From Nostoc sp. DedSLP01 (GTDB lineage: Bacteria > Cyanobacteriota > Cyanobacteriia > Cyanobacteriales > Nostocaceae), in the NCBI GenBank assembly GCA_034530875.2, contig JAVRCJ020000015.1, positions 80,744 to 144,743 of the forward strand: a DNA stretch of 64,000 nt, written 5' to 3'. A model generated the notes under the pieces. That model saw nothing but the letters and a program-made list of their open reading frames with translations. It was not told the origin of the DNA and searched no databases. Positions 53,830 to 64,000 of the stretch are shown one piece after another (position 1 is the first letter of the stretch; every line of letters begins with the position of its first letter). The position numbers and the translations under genes are program-made.

Positions 53830-55050
53830 TCACCAGCCCCCAGTCCCTTTTGTAAACATATCCAGAAAAGCCTTGCGTCGGTGTTGGGGTGATTCTGGTA
53901 CGATGTAACCCCACAGGCTTTCCCAGTAGAAAAAGGAGATACCGTCAAAATTGCGATCGCGCACTACTTGAACCTGTGCTTTAATTTGGGGAATTTTGAC
54001 CGGATTATGCACGGTTCCTGTTAAGATACCAATTCCTACCGGGATTAGACTTTGAGCCAATTTTACAGATGGTTGTTCGAGTTGAGCGATAAAAGAGTTT
54101 TTATCGCTGCGATATACCTGCAAAATTAACTCATCAGCTAAACCTTTTTTTACCCAATCTTCCCAATCTTGCAAATAGTATTTGTAGGCAAAAGCGTGGT
54201 AATTGGGAGACAAAGATATTTTTGCTTTCGGATTAACTGCTTTGACAGCTTGATAAATTTCTGCCATGAAATCAGTGATTTTGTCTGCTCGCCAACGCAT
54301 CCATTCTGGGTTAAAAGGATTACTTGGGGGATTTTTGCCTTGATGTTCTTGTTGGTAAAGTTCAATAGTGAAGCGATCGTAGCCAAACTGTACCGGCATT
54401 CCAAAATGGTCGTCAAGTTGAATACCATCGACATCATAATTTTTGACGACTTCCACAATTAGCCCTTGAATAAACTCTTGCACTTGTGGATGTAGAGGAT
54501 TTAACCAAGCTTGCTTATTTACTAACCCATTGTCAATTTCTTCTGGTGGAGTATCTTGAATAGAGTTTATACCTTCTTGTCCCATTGTCAACCAATCAGG
54601 ATAACGCCTTGCTAATTCTGAATAATGCGGCGTCATGAACCCATATTCAAACCAGGGAATGACTCTCAAATCTTTATTTTTAGCAAGCCTGACTATCTTG
54701 GCTAAAACATCCTGTCCGCCATGCATAAACTTGAGCAAAGGTTGAGTATCAGAACCTGTAGTCATTTTAGCTACAGTACTGTGATAAAAAGTATGTCCTC
54801 GGTTCCAAATTACAGGATAAATTGTATTAAAGTTGAGAGCTGATAATTGATTAACAGCGCGATTAATGCCCCAAGGGACAAATAGTACACCACTAGCAAC
54901 ATTAGTCAGCCAAACGCCGCGGATTTCTGTAGTTAAAGCACTTGTTTTTTGAGAATAGACTGGGGTTGAAGAGTGTGAGAAAAATGTTATCGCTATTACT
55001 AATCCCAAACAAAGCAAGTAAGAAAAAAATCGGCGTGCAACCTGATTCAT
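53830..55050 (-). CDS. Glycoside hydrolase-like family 10 (GHL10/DUF187) protein
   Basis: EIRGVWL, IPWFEYG, WLNPLHPQVQ, YDVDGIQLDDHF, QDW..W, QVYR. Confidence 0.9.
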   Translation of the reverse strand: MNQVARRFFSYLLCLGLVIAITFFSHSSTPVYSQKTSALTTEIRGVWLTNVASGVLFVPWGINRAVNQLSALNFNTIYPVIWNRGHTFYHSTVAKMTTGSDTQPLLKFMHGGQDVLAKIVRLAKNKDLRVIPWFEYGFMTPHYSELARRYPDWLTMGQEGINSIQDTPPEEIDNGLVNKQAWLNPLHPQVQEFIQGLIVEVVKNYDVDGIQLDDHFGMPVQFGYDRFTIELYQQEHQGKNPPSNPFNPEWMRWRADKITDFMAEIYQAVKAVNPKAKISLSPNYHAFAYKYYLQDWEDWVKKGLADELILQVYRSDKNSFIAQLEQPSVKLAQSLIPVGIGILTGTVHNPVKIPQIKAQVQVVRDRNFDGISFFYWESLWGYIVPESPQHRRKAFLDMFTKGTGGW

Positions 55051-55182
55051 TGGTCAGCGTTACCTAATGCGATCGCAATATTATATATAACTACAAAATA
55101 AAATTCTAATCCTCCGGTATTTATGAATAAATCATGATTAAATTTTCTAAAACCTGCAACCATATATAGTTAAATTGGCTAC

Positions 55183-55220
55183 AAAAAAGAGCCAATGCTG
55201 TCATCAACAGCATTGGTTTC
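55183..55220 (-). terminator. Intrinsic terminator downstream of glcD
   Basis: CCAATGCTG/CAGCATTGG stem followed by a U-run on the minus strand. Confidence 0.65.
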
Positions 55221-55250
55221 TAACTTTTATTTACAATGATTCTTTTATTT

Positions 55251-55379
55251 GTTGCGAGGTGCTTATTCGTTAATTTGCACGCTTGTCATCCGTAGGGTCA
55301 GCCGGAAAATTCGTTAAATATCAGTGAGATGGACTGCTTACCCTACTCTACCTTCTCCCGTATGGTGTCGTCTTGTAGC
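55251..55379 (+). ncRNA. Candidate rod-shaped structured ncRNA (6S-like fold, identity unknown)
   Basis: GTTGCGAGG pairs with TCTTGTAGC, GTAGGGTCAGC pairs with GCTTACCCTAC, many G-U pairs, central bubble; TACAAT -10-like box at 55232-55237. Confidence 0.4.
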
Positions 55380-55419
55380 AGACTCAAAACTGTAGAAAGT
55401 TTTTATCTTGCTTATACCT

Positions 55420-55553
55420 CAATACGCTTGGTGTTAAGCCCAAAAAAATAAATTGTGTAGATTGTGTTGAACAAAGTGAAACCCAACAAATGCCCGATAG
55501 TGTTGGGTTTCGTTCCTCACCAACCTACAATTATCCTTAACTGACCTGTATTG
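55420..55553. mobile_element. MITE-like element with ~10-bp target duplication
   Basis: Ends CAATACGCTTGGTGTTAAG / CTTAACTGACCTGTATTG, flanked by GCTTATACCT and GCTTATACTT; lone similar end near 53714. Confidence 0.65.
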
Positions 55554-55568
55554 GCTTATACTTCTTTT

Positions 55569-57041
55569 TTAAAATCTTTCGACACCTTCAAATTGCTTGA
55601 TAGACGACGCATTTGCAGCTTCACCACAAGTTCGTGGTGTGGGGAATATCTTTTCAGGATTTGCTAAACCTTGAGGATTAAAAACTTGTCGTATCCATTG
55701 CATAGTTTCTAAATCAACTTGGCTAAACATTTCCGGCATATAGCACTTTTTCTCTTCACCAATGCCATGTTCGCCAGAAATACTACCACCAACTTGGACG
55801 CAAAGTTTGAGAATTTTTCCTCCCATTTCTTCAACTTTTTCTAATGCTCCAGGCACAGAATTATCATACAGAATTAGCGGATGCAGATTGCCATCCCCAG
55901 CGTGAAACACATTAGCAACTCGATACCCATATTGTTCGCTTAAAATTCTAATTTCATGCAGCACATAAGGCAACTGAGTCCGAGGAATCACACCATCTTG
56001 TACATAATAATCTGGACTTAAATTTCCAGCAGCAGCAAAAGCAGCTTTACGCCCTTTCCATAACTTCAACCGTGTTTCTGGGTCGCTAGCAGAAGTAACA
56101 TTACGCGCTCCATTCTTTTTACAAATTTCTATAACTCGCTGCTTATTGCCTGTAACTTCGACTTCCAACCCGTCAATTTCTATCAGCAAAATAGCAGCAG
56201 CATCGCGGGGATAACAATTAGTTGCGACAACATCTTCAACCGCATTGATAGTAAAGTTATCCATCATTTCCATACCACCAGGAATAATTCCGGCACTGAT
56301 GATGTCAGAAACAGTAGCTCCAGCAGCTTCAATACTTGTGAAATCTGCTAATAGCACACAAATTGATTCTGCACTTTTGAGAATTCGCAAAGTAATTTCT
56401 GTCGCAATTCCTAAAGTGCCTTCAGAACCAACAAAAACACCAGTTAAATCGTAACCAGGCATTTCTGGAATTTGTCCGCCTAAATCAACAATTTCTCCTA
56501 AAGGTGTAACAATTTTTAATCCTAAAACGTGGTTAGTAGTGACGCCATATTTCAGACAATGCACGCCACCAGAATTTTCGGCAATATTTCCGCCAATAGA
56601 GCAAATAATTTGGCTAGAAGGGTCAGGAGCGTAGTAAAAACCAGCACCACTAACGGCTTGTGTCACCCAACTATTAATCACCCCTGGTTGCACAACTGTC
56701 CGTTGATTTTCCAAATCAATGCTGAGGATTTGCCGCATTAATGAAGTGACAATTAAAACCGAATCTTCCAACGGCAAAGCACCGCCAGATAAACCGGTGC
56801 CAGAACCACGCGCGATGAACGGGATAGAGTATTGGTTGCATATTTTCACAACTTGGGCAACTTGTTCTGTAGTTCTCGGTAAAACCACCACAGCCGGACG
56901 TTGACGATAGCCGGTTAAACCATCGCATTCATAAGTAATAAGTTCTTCGCGGCGTTGCACTACACCATTTTTGCCAAGTACAGCCTCGAATGCTTTGATA
57001 ATGGGTTTCCAGTTACGTTGTTTTTTATCTTGGGTAAGCAT
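55569..57041 (-). CDS. glcD: Glycolate oxidase subunit GlcD
   Basis: RGSGTGLSGG, PDPSS, HCLKYG, HAGDGNLHP, SGEHGIG. Confidence 0.93.
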   Translation of the reverse strand: MLTQDKKQRNWKPIIKAFEAVLGKNGVVQRREELITYECDGLTGYRQRPAVVVLPRTTEQVAQVVKICNQYSIPFIARGSGTGLSGGALPLEDSVLIVTSLMRQILSIDLENQRTVVQPGVINSWVTQAVSGAGFYYAPDPSSQIICSIGGNIAENSGGVHCLKYGVTTNHVLGLKIVTPLGEIVDLGGQIPEMPGYDLTGVFVGSEGTLGIATEITLRILKSAESICVLLADFTSIEAAGATVSDIISAGIIPGGMEMMDNFTINAVEDVVATNCYPRDAAAILLIEIDGLEVEVTGNKQRVIEICKKNGARNVTSASDPETRLKLWKGRKAAFAAAGNLSPDYYVQDGVIPRTQLPYVLHEIRILSEQYGYRVANVFHAGDGNLHPLILYDNSVPGALEKVEEMGGKILKLCVQVGGSISGEHGIGEEKKCYMPEMFSQVDLETMQWIRQVFNPQGLANPEKIFPTPRTCGEAANASSIKQFEGVERF

Positions 57042-57282
57042 AGGTTTTTAAAGGTAGATGTTTAAGCTTGATTAGGCTGTAATTACCATTGTTGCAAGAA
57101 TAGCAGTTCGTGAGAAGTAAGAAGCGATCGCTCTGGTCTTCTGGATTCCGCTTAAGGTTGAGGAGGCGATCGCATTGCTTATATTTATTTGTTTAGGGTA
57201 TCGATTAAGGTGAGGTAAGGTAACTTAGGAATTTACAATTAGCCCTTACAACCTCATATATTAATAAACAAACTTTCGTATC

Positions 57283-57609
57283 TTATGAAATGATTTCGTT
57301 ACTCAGGTCATGCCCTTCAATAAATTCCTGGACAAGATAAAATTCTCTATTTTCCTCAAAAAAGTCATACAGTTCAGGAATTTGCAGATGTTCTTTACCC
57401 AATTTGAACAGAATTGCTGCTTCTTTCTTAAATCTTTGCTCTGTATCTAGGTCTGGGGCTGAGGATCCGATCAACCGTTTGATAACACATTTATACTTAG
57501 GTATGACTGGTAGATCCTGTGGGTATTTAGCCAAATAGGTTTCTCCGAACCCACCTGCTCCCAATTTCTCTACAATTTTGTAACGCTGTCGGAGTATATA
57601 TCCAATCAT
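57283..57609 (-). pseudogene. Truncated Ser/Thr protein kinase (N-lobe only)
   Basis: LGAGGFGETY, CVIK, F.KEA..L, YLVQEFIEG, then a stop before the HRD and DFG motifs. Confidence 0.8.
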
Positions 57610-57737
57610 GACACTGATACTAGAAACCCTTTGTGTAGATTTTGGCACAATTTATTTGATAACAGCATTCTTGTTGTTAATTACTCTCTTATCCTGAATC
57701 AACTAACCTAGAAATAACGCTCTTAATACTGGATACA

Positions 57738-58469
57738 GTGATGGTTAATCAACTTTTAATCCATGATGATGATTACTATGTGCCAGATGCCAACCAGTTA
57801 GTTACTGAAGATGATACACCTGTGGACAATTTTGCTTCCGAAAAACAACAACGTCTCTTGGTTGGCTCTCTTTACAGTTCTCCACAGGAGCAGACTTTTT
57901 TAGCAGCAGCGAATGTCGGCATTTACCATACAGATGGTCAACCAGCAATTGTACCTGATGTCTTTCTCAGCTTCAATGTCCAAGTACCTGAAAATTGGTG
58001 GGAAAAACAAAATCGTTGTTATATGGTTTGGCGTTTTGGTAAACCACCAGAAGTTGTCCTCGAAATTGTCTCTAATAAAGAAGGTGATGAACTGGGCAAA
58101 AAGCTGAAAATTTATGAACACATGCGGGCTAGTTACTACATCGTATATGACCCAAATCAGCAATTAGCAGAAAAAATATTGCATGTTTATGAACTTAGGG
58201 GAACACGCTACTTTGAAACTTCAGAAACTTGGTTAGAACAAGTTGGTTTAGGTATAACTCTATGGCAAGGTGAATTTGAAAGTAGACAAGATACTTGGTT
58301 ACGCTGGTGCTACCAAGATGGAACTGTTTTAACAACAGGAGATGAACGTGCTGAACAGGAACGACAACTTGCTGAACAGGAACGACAACGTGCTGAAAAA
58401 GCAGAACAACGCAATCAATTACTAGCAGATAGACTACGGGCTATGGGCGTAGATCCTGACACTCTTTAA
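57738..58469 (+). CDS. Uma2-family endonuclease-fold protein
   Basis: TEDDTPVDN, VPDVF, PEVVLEIVS, WLRW, C-terminal AEQERQ coiled coil. Confidence 0.9.
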   Translation: MMVNQLLIHDDDYYVPDANQLVTEDDTPVDNFASEKQQRLLVGSLYSSPQEQTFLAAANVGIYHTDGQPAIVPDVFLSFNVQVPENWWEKQNRCYMVWRFGKPPEVVLEIVSNKEGDELGKKLKIYEHMRASYYIVYDPNQQLAEKILHVYELRGTRYFETSETWLEQVGLGITLWQGEFESRQDTWLRWCYQDGTVLTTGDERAEQERQLAEQERQRAEKAEQRNQLLADRLRAMGVDPDTL

Positions 58470-58528
58470 GACACTCGCTGTAAAGACGCAAAGTTCTTTT
58501 GCGTCTTTGCATAAGCAAAAAAATCTTA

Positions 58529-59434
58529 CTAACTTGTGCAATTGATAAACTCATTTATCCGTCGCCAAACCTTCTCTAATAACTCAGGATCGTCCGCATC
58601 AAACCACTCAATTTGTGAATATGCTCTAAACCAAGTACGTTGTCGCTTGGCAAATTGTCTTGTATGCAAAATAGTTAATTCTTTCGCTTCATCTAAGGAA
58701 ATATCCCCAGCTAAATATTGCTTGATTTCTTGATAGCCCAAAGTATTCAACAATGGCAAATCAGCGCCATATTTTTGACATAAATATTCCACTTCAGCGA
58801 CCAAACCATTTGCTATCATTTGCTCGGTACGCTGTTGAATACGTAGACCCAACTTTTCAACATCGCAATCTAACCCAATTTGTAAAATCGGATAATTTGG
58901 TGGATTTTCCCCTTGCTGTTCTGAAATTGGATATCCAGTTACATAATATACTTCTAAAGCTCGTAAAGTTCGTACTAAGTCATTAGCATGAATTTTTTGG
59001 GCAGCAACGGGATCGACTTGTTGCAACATTGCATAAAGTTGATTTTGACCGAGAGATTCAAGTTGCGATCGCAATTCATTTTGCGCTGCCACACGAGGAA
59101 TTTTCATCCCTTGGACAATAGACCGTATGTATAAACCAGTACCTCCAACCATGAACAGTGGCAAGCCAGATGGAAAAGAATTGATTAAGGCTTGCACTTT
59201 TTGCTGATAGTCTGCTACTGTCATCGTGTCTGTTGGGTCGCAGATATCTATTAAATAGTGGGGCACTAATTTTTGTTCAGCTAGACTTGGCTTTGCCGTT
59301 CCAATATCAAACTCCCGATAAACTTGGCGAGAGTCAGCACTGAGAATTACAGAACCCAACCGCATTGCCAAAGCCAAAGCCAACCCTGACTTCCCCGTTG
59401 CCGTCGCCCCACAAATTACAATTAATCTTGTCAT
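58529..59434 (-). CDS. miaA: tRNA dimethylallyltransferase
   Basis: GATATGKS, SADSRQVY, IGTAKP, GGTGLY, FAKRQRTWF. Confidence 0.96.
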   Translation of the reverse strand: MTRLIVICGATATGKSGLALALAMRLGSVILSADSRQVYREFDIGTAKPSLAEQKLVPHYLIDICDPTDTMTVADYQQKVQALINSFPSGLPLFMVGGTGLYIRSIVQGMKIPRVAAQNELRSQLESLGQNQLYAMLQQVDPVAAQKIHANDLVRTLRALEVYYVTGYPISEQQGENPPNYPILQIGLDCDVEKLGLRIQQRTEQMIANGLVAEVEYLCQKYGADLPLLNTLGYQEIKQYLAGDISLDEAKELTILHTRQFAKRQRTWFRAYSQIEWFDADDPELLEKVWRRINEFINCTS

Positions 59435-59685
59435 TAGTCATTAGTCATTAGTCATTAGTCATTAGTCATTAGTCATTAGTTTTTTTCCCTCTCCCCCTGC
59501 CTCCTCTGCCTCCTCTGCCTCCCCTGCCCCTCCACCCCTGCTCCCAAGGGTACTGCAACCCCTGTATAAACTTCTCTTGAAAATGCCCTACAGACGGCAG
59601 CAAGGCTTTTGTGTTACAATTTTGGAGTGTTTTTACTTTTATTTGCCTTTCGGCGAGTTAAACCCCACGCATCAGGAGAATTTAC

Positions 59686-61623
59686 ATGACGAGCAGTTAC
59701 AGTGCCGATCAGATTCAAGTTCTGGAAGGTCTGGAAGCCGTCCGCAAACGACCAGGAATGTACATCGGTACTACAGGGCCGCGAGGACTCCACCATTTAG
59801 TTTACGAGGTGGTAGACAATTCAATTGATGAGGCTTTGGCGGGTTACTGCACCCATATAGAGGTGGATATCAACGCTGATGGTTCTGTAACTGTAACAGA
59901 TGATGGTCGCGGTATTCCTACAGATACTCACTCACGAACGGGAAAATCAGCTTTGGAAACTGTGTTAACCGTACTTCATGCTGGGGGTAAGTTTGGCGGT
60001 GGTGGTTACAAAGTTTCTGGAGGATTGCACGGGGTTGGTATTTCTGTTGTTAATGCCTTGTCTGAGATTGTAGAAGTTACAGTTTGGCGAGACAAAAAGG
60101 TTCATACCCAACGCTATGAACGGGGTGTACCAGTTACCGATTTGCAAGTTAAGCCTTACAAAGAAGCTAGAACTGGAACTTCTGTCAGCTTCAAGCCAGA
60201 TACTCAAATTTTTACCACTGGTATTGAGTTTGATTACATTACTTTATCAGGTCGCCTGCGAGAATTAGCTTATCTAAATGCTGGTGTCAAAATTACCTTT
60301 AGCGACCACCGCCTAGAATTACTCAAAAGCGATACACCCAAGGTAGAATCCTACGAATACAAGGGTGGGATTAAAGAATATATCGCTTACATGAACCGTG
60401 AAAAGCAGCCACTACATGAAGAAATTATCTATGTCCAAGGGGAACGGAATAACGTTCAAGTAGAAGTTTCTTTACAGTGGTGTACCGATGCTTATACGGA
60501 TAACGTGTTAGGCTTTGCTAACAATATTCGCACGGTTGATGGGGGCACGCACTTAGAAGGGTTGAAAGCAGTTCTGACTCGCACGTTAAATGCGATCGCC
60601 CGCAAGCGAAATAAAATTAAAGAAAATGAACCCAACCTCAGTGGCGAACACGTCCGCGAAGGTTTAACAGCAGTAATTTCTGTCAAAGTCCCCGACCCAG
60701 AATTTGAAGGACAAACCAAAACCAAACTCGGTAACACTGAAGTCCGGGGAATTGTCGATTCTTTGGTGGGAGAAGTCCTCACGGAGTACCTAGAATTTCA
60801 CCCCGGTATTGCTGATGCGATTTTAGATAAAGCCATCCAAGCTTTCAAAGCCGCAGAAGCCGCGCGTCACGCGCGGGAATTAGTCAGACGCAAATCTGTA
60901 CTGGAATCTTCGCCATTACCCGGTAAATTAGCAGATTGTAGTTCTCGCGATCCTAGCGAATCAGAGATTTTCATCGTGGAAGGTGACTCAGCGGGTGGAA
61001 GTGCCAAGCAAGGACGCGATCGCCGCACTCAAGCTATCTTGCCTTTACGTGGTAAAATTCTCAACATTGAAAAAACCGATGACGCCAAAATTTATAAAAA
61101 TAACGAAGTGCAAGCGTTAATTACAGCACTGGGTTTAGGCGTCAAAGGCGAAGAATTCGACTCCTCCCAACTGCGCTATCACCGCATAGTGATTATGACT
61201 GACGCCGACGTAGATGGAGCGCACATCCGGACTTTGTTGTTAACTTTCTTCTATCGCTATCAGCGATCGCTCATCGAACAAGGCTTTATTTATATTGCTT
61301 GTCCGCCATTATATAAGGTAGAACGCGGGCGCAATCATGAATATTGCTACAGCGATCGCGAAAAAGACCAAGTAATCGCCAAATTCCCAGCCAATGCCAA
61401 CTACACCATCCAACGCTTCAAAGGTTTGGGTGAAATGATGCCACAACAACTCTGGGATACGACAATGAACCCAGAAACTCGCAAACTCAAACAAGTCGAA
61501 ATCGAAGACGCCGCCGAAGCCGATCGCATTTTCACTATTTTAATGGGCGATCGTGTCGCACCTCGAAGAGAATTCATTGAAACCTATGGTTCTAAACTCA
61601 ACTTCACCGATTTAGATATTTAA
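59686..61623 (+). CDS. gyrB: DNA gyrase subunit B
   Basis: [50 protein letters not shown]. Confidence 0.98.
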   Translation: MTSSYSADQIQVLEGLEAVRKRPGMYIGTTGPRGLHHLVYEVVDNSIDEALAGYCTHIEVDINADGSVTVTDDGRGIPTDTHSRTGKSALETVLTVLHAGGKFGGGGYKVSGGLHGVGISVVNALSEIVEVTVWRDKKVHTQRYERGVPVTDLQVKPYKEARTGTSVSFKPDTQIFTTGIEFDYITLSGRLRELAYLNAGVKITFSDHRLELLKSDTPKVESYEYKGGIKEYIAYMNREKQPLHEEIIYVQGERNNVQVEVSLQWCTDAYTDNVLGFANNIRTVDGGTHLEGLKAVLTRTLNAIARKRNKIKENEPNLSGEHVREGLTAVISVKVPDPEFEGQTKTKLGNTEVRGIVDSLVGEVLTEYLEFHPGIADAILDKAIQAFKAAEAARHARELVRRKSVLESSPLPGKLADCSSRDPSESEIFIVEGDSAGGSAKQGRDRRTQAILPLRGKILNIEKTDDAKIYKNNEVQALITALGLGVKGEEFDSSQLRYHRIVIMTDADVDGAHIRTLLLTFFYRYQRSLIEQGFIYIACPPLYKVERGRNHEYCYSDREKDQVIAKFPANANYTIQRFKGLGEMMPQQLWDTTMNPETRKLKQVEIEDAAEADRIFTILMGDRVAPRREFIETYGSKLNFTDLDI

Positions 61624-61661
61624 TTCAATTTTTTCTCAGCACTCTCATAATTTGTGACGTT

Positions 61662-61708
61662 GGCAATGGGTAATAGATACAAAATCTATTACCCATTGCC
61701 TTTTTTTT
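61662..61708 (+). terminator. Intrinsic terminator of gyrB
   Basis: GGCAATGGGTAATAGAT-N5-ATCTATTACCCATTGCC followed by T8. Confidence 0.85.
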
Positions 61709-62026
61709 CATATACCATTCAAAGTAAAATATTACTAATAAGCAGGAATTTGAAAATAAAAAATATTCAAATTTTCTTGTGGGGTGGGCGTCTCGCCCGC
61801 CCGTAATCAAGGCAGACAAGATGTTTGCTCAAAAAATACTAATTTATTTCTTGGTAACCCCTTAGTAAGAAACTACCTCTTTTGGCGGATGCTAAACTCA
61901 GAAATTATTCAATATTTTATATTAATTTTTATAACTAACAATTATACCGATAAATAAGTGACCATATTCATAAATTCAGGAATTATTAACTATAATTCTT
62001 GAATTAATTTAATTATAAGCCAAATT

Positions 62027-62698
62027 ATGAAAGCAACCAAAGGCATAATCAGAAAAACATTTTTTAAAATTATTAGCATTAGTAGCCTGGTTTCTCTGTC
62101 TGCCTGCGCTGAACCTGTGACACAAACTCCTACAGCAACCGTTCCTTCTATTTCCCAAACCCCTCTAACAACTGTCCCTCCTATTGTGGGAGTTCCCACA
62201 ATAATTCCTTCTCCCGTAACGCAAACTCCCCCACCCACTCAAAATTTAGCAGAACTGGCAAAAACAGCAGCAGCTCAGGGACAATTTCAAACTCTTATAA
62301 AAGTAGTAGGCATCGCTGGCGTAAACGAACAATTAACAGCACCAGGCCCTTACACAATTTTTGCACCCACGGACGCGGCTTTCTCTGCTTTACCACAAGT
62401 TACTCTAGATAAACTCTTACAGCCAGCTAACAAGCAACAATTAGTTAGACTTTTGGCTTACCACGTTATACCCGGGCAAATTAACTCCCAAGAATTAACA
62501 TCTGGAGAATTGAAAACCGTCGAAGGTACTCCGGTTAAAATCACAGTCGATCGCAATACTAAAACTATAAGCGTCAACAATGCTAAAGTGACTCAGCCTG
62601 ATATCCCAGCAACCAATGGGATCGTTCACGTAGTTGACCGCGTACTTCTACCACCCAATTTTCCCACAAGTCTCAACGCCACCCCAAAACAACGCTAG
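62027..62698 (+). CDS. Fasciclin (FAS1) domain lipoprotein
   Basis: LSAC lipobox, Pro/Thr linker, YTIFAPTDAAF, LAYHVIPG, NGIVHVVDRVLLP. Confidence 0.92.
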   Translation: MKATKGIIRKTFFKIISISSLVSLSACAEPVTQTPTATVPSISQTPLTTVPPIVGVPTIIPSPVTQTPPPTQNLAELAKTAAAQGQFQTLIKVVGIAGVNEQLTAPGPYTIFAPTDAAFSALPQVTLDKLLQPANKQQLVRLLAYHVIPGQINSQELTSGELKTVEGTPVKITVDRNTKTISVNNAKVTQPDIPATNGIVHVVDRVLLPPNFPTSLNATPKQR

Positions 62699-64000
62699 CG
62701 ATCTATTAATCCAACAATCTTGCGATCGTAATCGCAAATCAAAGAAATACAAAGACTCTTTCCTCACTCCCTACGTCTATTCAACATCACCTGCAAAAAA
62801 TACAAACTTGTACTACATAAACTACAAAAAAACTCAATTTTTCAGTTAACAACTCATCATATAATTTGAGTTATTGTGAAGATTTAAAAAACTCAATGTT
62901 CAAATTTTGGCAAAGCTACCAACTTTTTTGGAAAATAGGCGATTAACTCTGCCTTGGATTAACTTGCCGAGCAATTTCATCCATCAGTCAGAAACACATT
63001 TGTTATCCTTGAATAACATAACTAAATATCATCTATCAAACAACAATTAATAAGTATTCTGAGGATTTCTCATAATCAGATGACAAATCAATCGCAAACT
63101 ACTGAATGAAAAGTAGTTAAAAATACAACAAATTTACTTAAAGAAACTCATCAGGCAAATACTTGAGTTTTCTTTCCTCAAGCTTATGCTTAATAAAAGC
63201 AAGCACCATCTGACTGAAAACTTGTTAATATCTTCATGTAGCACTGTGAGAGTAGTTATTGCATTGGATGTAGCCAATGTACTTGCGGTTTAAGTAAAGC
63301 AACATTGACGATCTTTCAGGACAAATCCTTTTTCAATTGATTAAAATATCCTTGTATACAATAAGAAAAGTTTGTCAAGTTTCATAGGGCTGAAATCGCC
63401 ACATTGCGCTAACGTGTGAATAAGACCAAATTAGTTAATCCTAAAGAGATCTACTATCCGGTCGATTCTGCAACAACCTCAACTCCTTAGTTCAGGTAAT
63501 TCTTACGCAGAAGGTTAACTACTTAGAGGCAAGCACCACGACTCTTGTTGTATTTATCCAAAGGAAAAGACCACTTCGATCCAAGGGCTGATTGATTTAT
63601 GAAGGAAATGTAAAATGGAAAGGTTAAGACTTTTCGCCTGAGCTAATATAACAATGTACTCTTTCTCAGTAATTAATGTTGTGTAAAATACATGAAATTA
63701 AGCAAAACAAAGTGTACCTAACTTTGTAAATGTAATCAAAGAACCACTGCAATTCTGAAAAGTGTAGAAAATATTAAAGGGTAGAATTCCCGTTTTTAAT
63801 GTCTTTTTGGTAAAAGTGGCTAACAATTGCTTAATGAATTTGCGATCGATACACAAAAAGAGTGCAATTTTTGTGAAACAGGCTACAATCGGAAGAGTCT
63901 TTATACTAAAATCTGCCAAAAGTCTGAATCTGTTTATATCGAGTGGCAAGTTTTTGATAAAGGCGAGTCTTTTTTTAAGGCAGTCACTTAAAAATTAAGT

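Noticed and set aside
57738..58469. Uma2 gene as part of a restriction or defence system
   Set aside because: Uma2 paralogs are widespread stand-alone genes in cyanobacteria and no methylase or partner is adjacent
63268..63285. NtcA binding site
   Set aside because: GTA-N7-TAC spacing does not match the GTA-N8-TAC consensus

Overview
Chromosomal window from a heterocyst-forming (Nostocales-like) cyanobacterium, judged from frequent HIP1 octamers (GCGATCGC), heptamer STRR tandem repeats and gene content. Core genes: cobB, the fbp-tal-zwf-opcA operon, mfd, dxs, mtnA, prlC, cobW, glcD, miaA, gyrB, tRNA-Val(CAC) and tRNA-Lys(CTT). The main accessory region is a ~12.9 kb defence-type island between tRNA-Val and mfd (about 10.1-23.0 kb). 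It holds an intact three-gene pPIWI-RE operon (PD-(D/E)xK REase, DinG-like helicase, PIWI-RE protein) transcribed divergently from an XRE-HTH plus HEXXH metallopeptidase pair (CapH/CapP- or ImmR/ImmA-like). It also holds a decayed IS630, a Schlafen/AlbA_2 protein and two toxin-antitoxin-like loci, one broken by a 5-bp duplication. Other notable items: a DXCF cyanobacteriochrome-like sensor whose kinase lacks the phospho-accepting His, a CHAT-CHASE2/DUF928/DUF1822 module, three unrelated 21-bp-period arrays, a candidate rod-shaped ncRNA near 55.3 kb and several MITEs. All family assignments come from motif recognition by eye; no database search was run.
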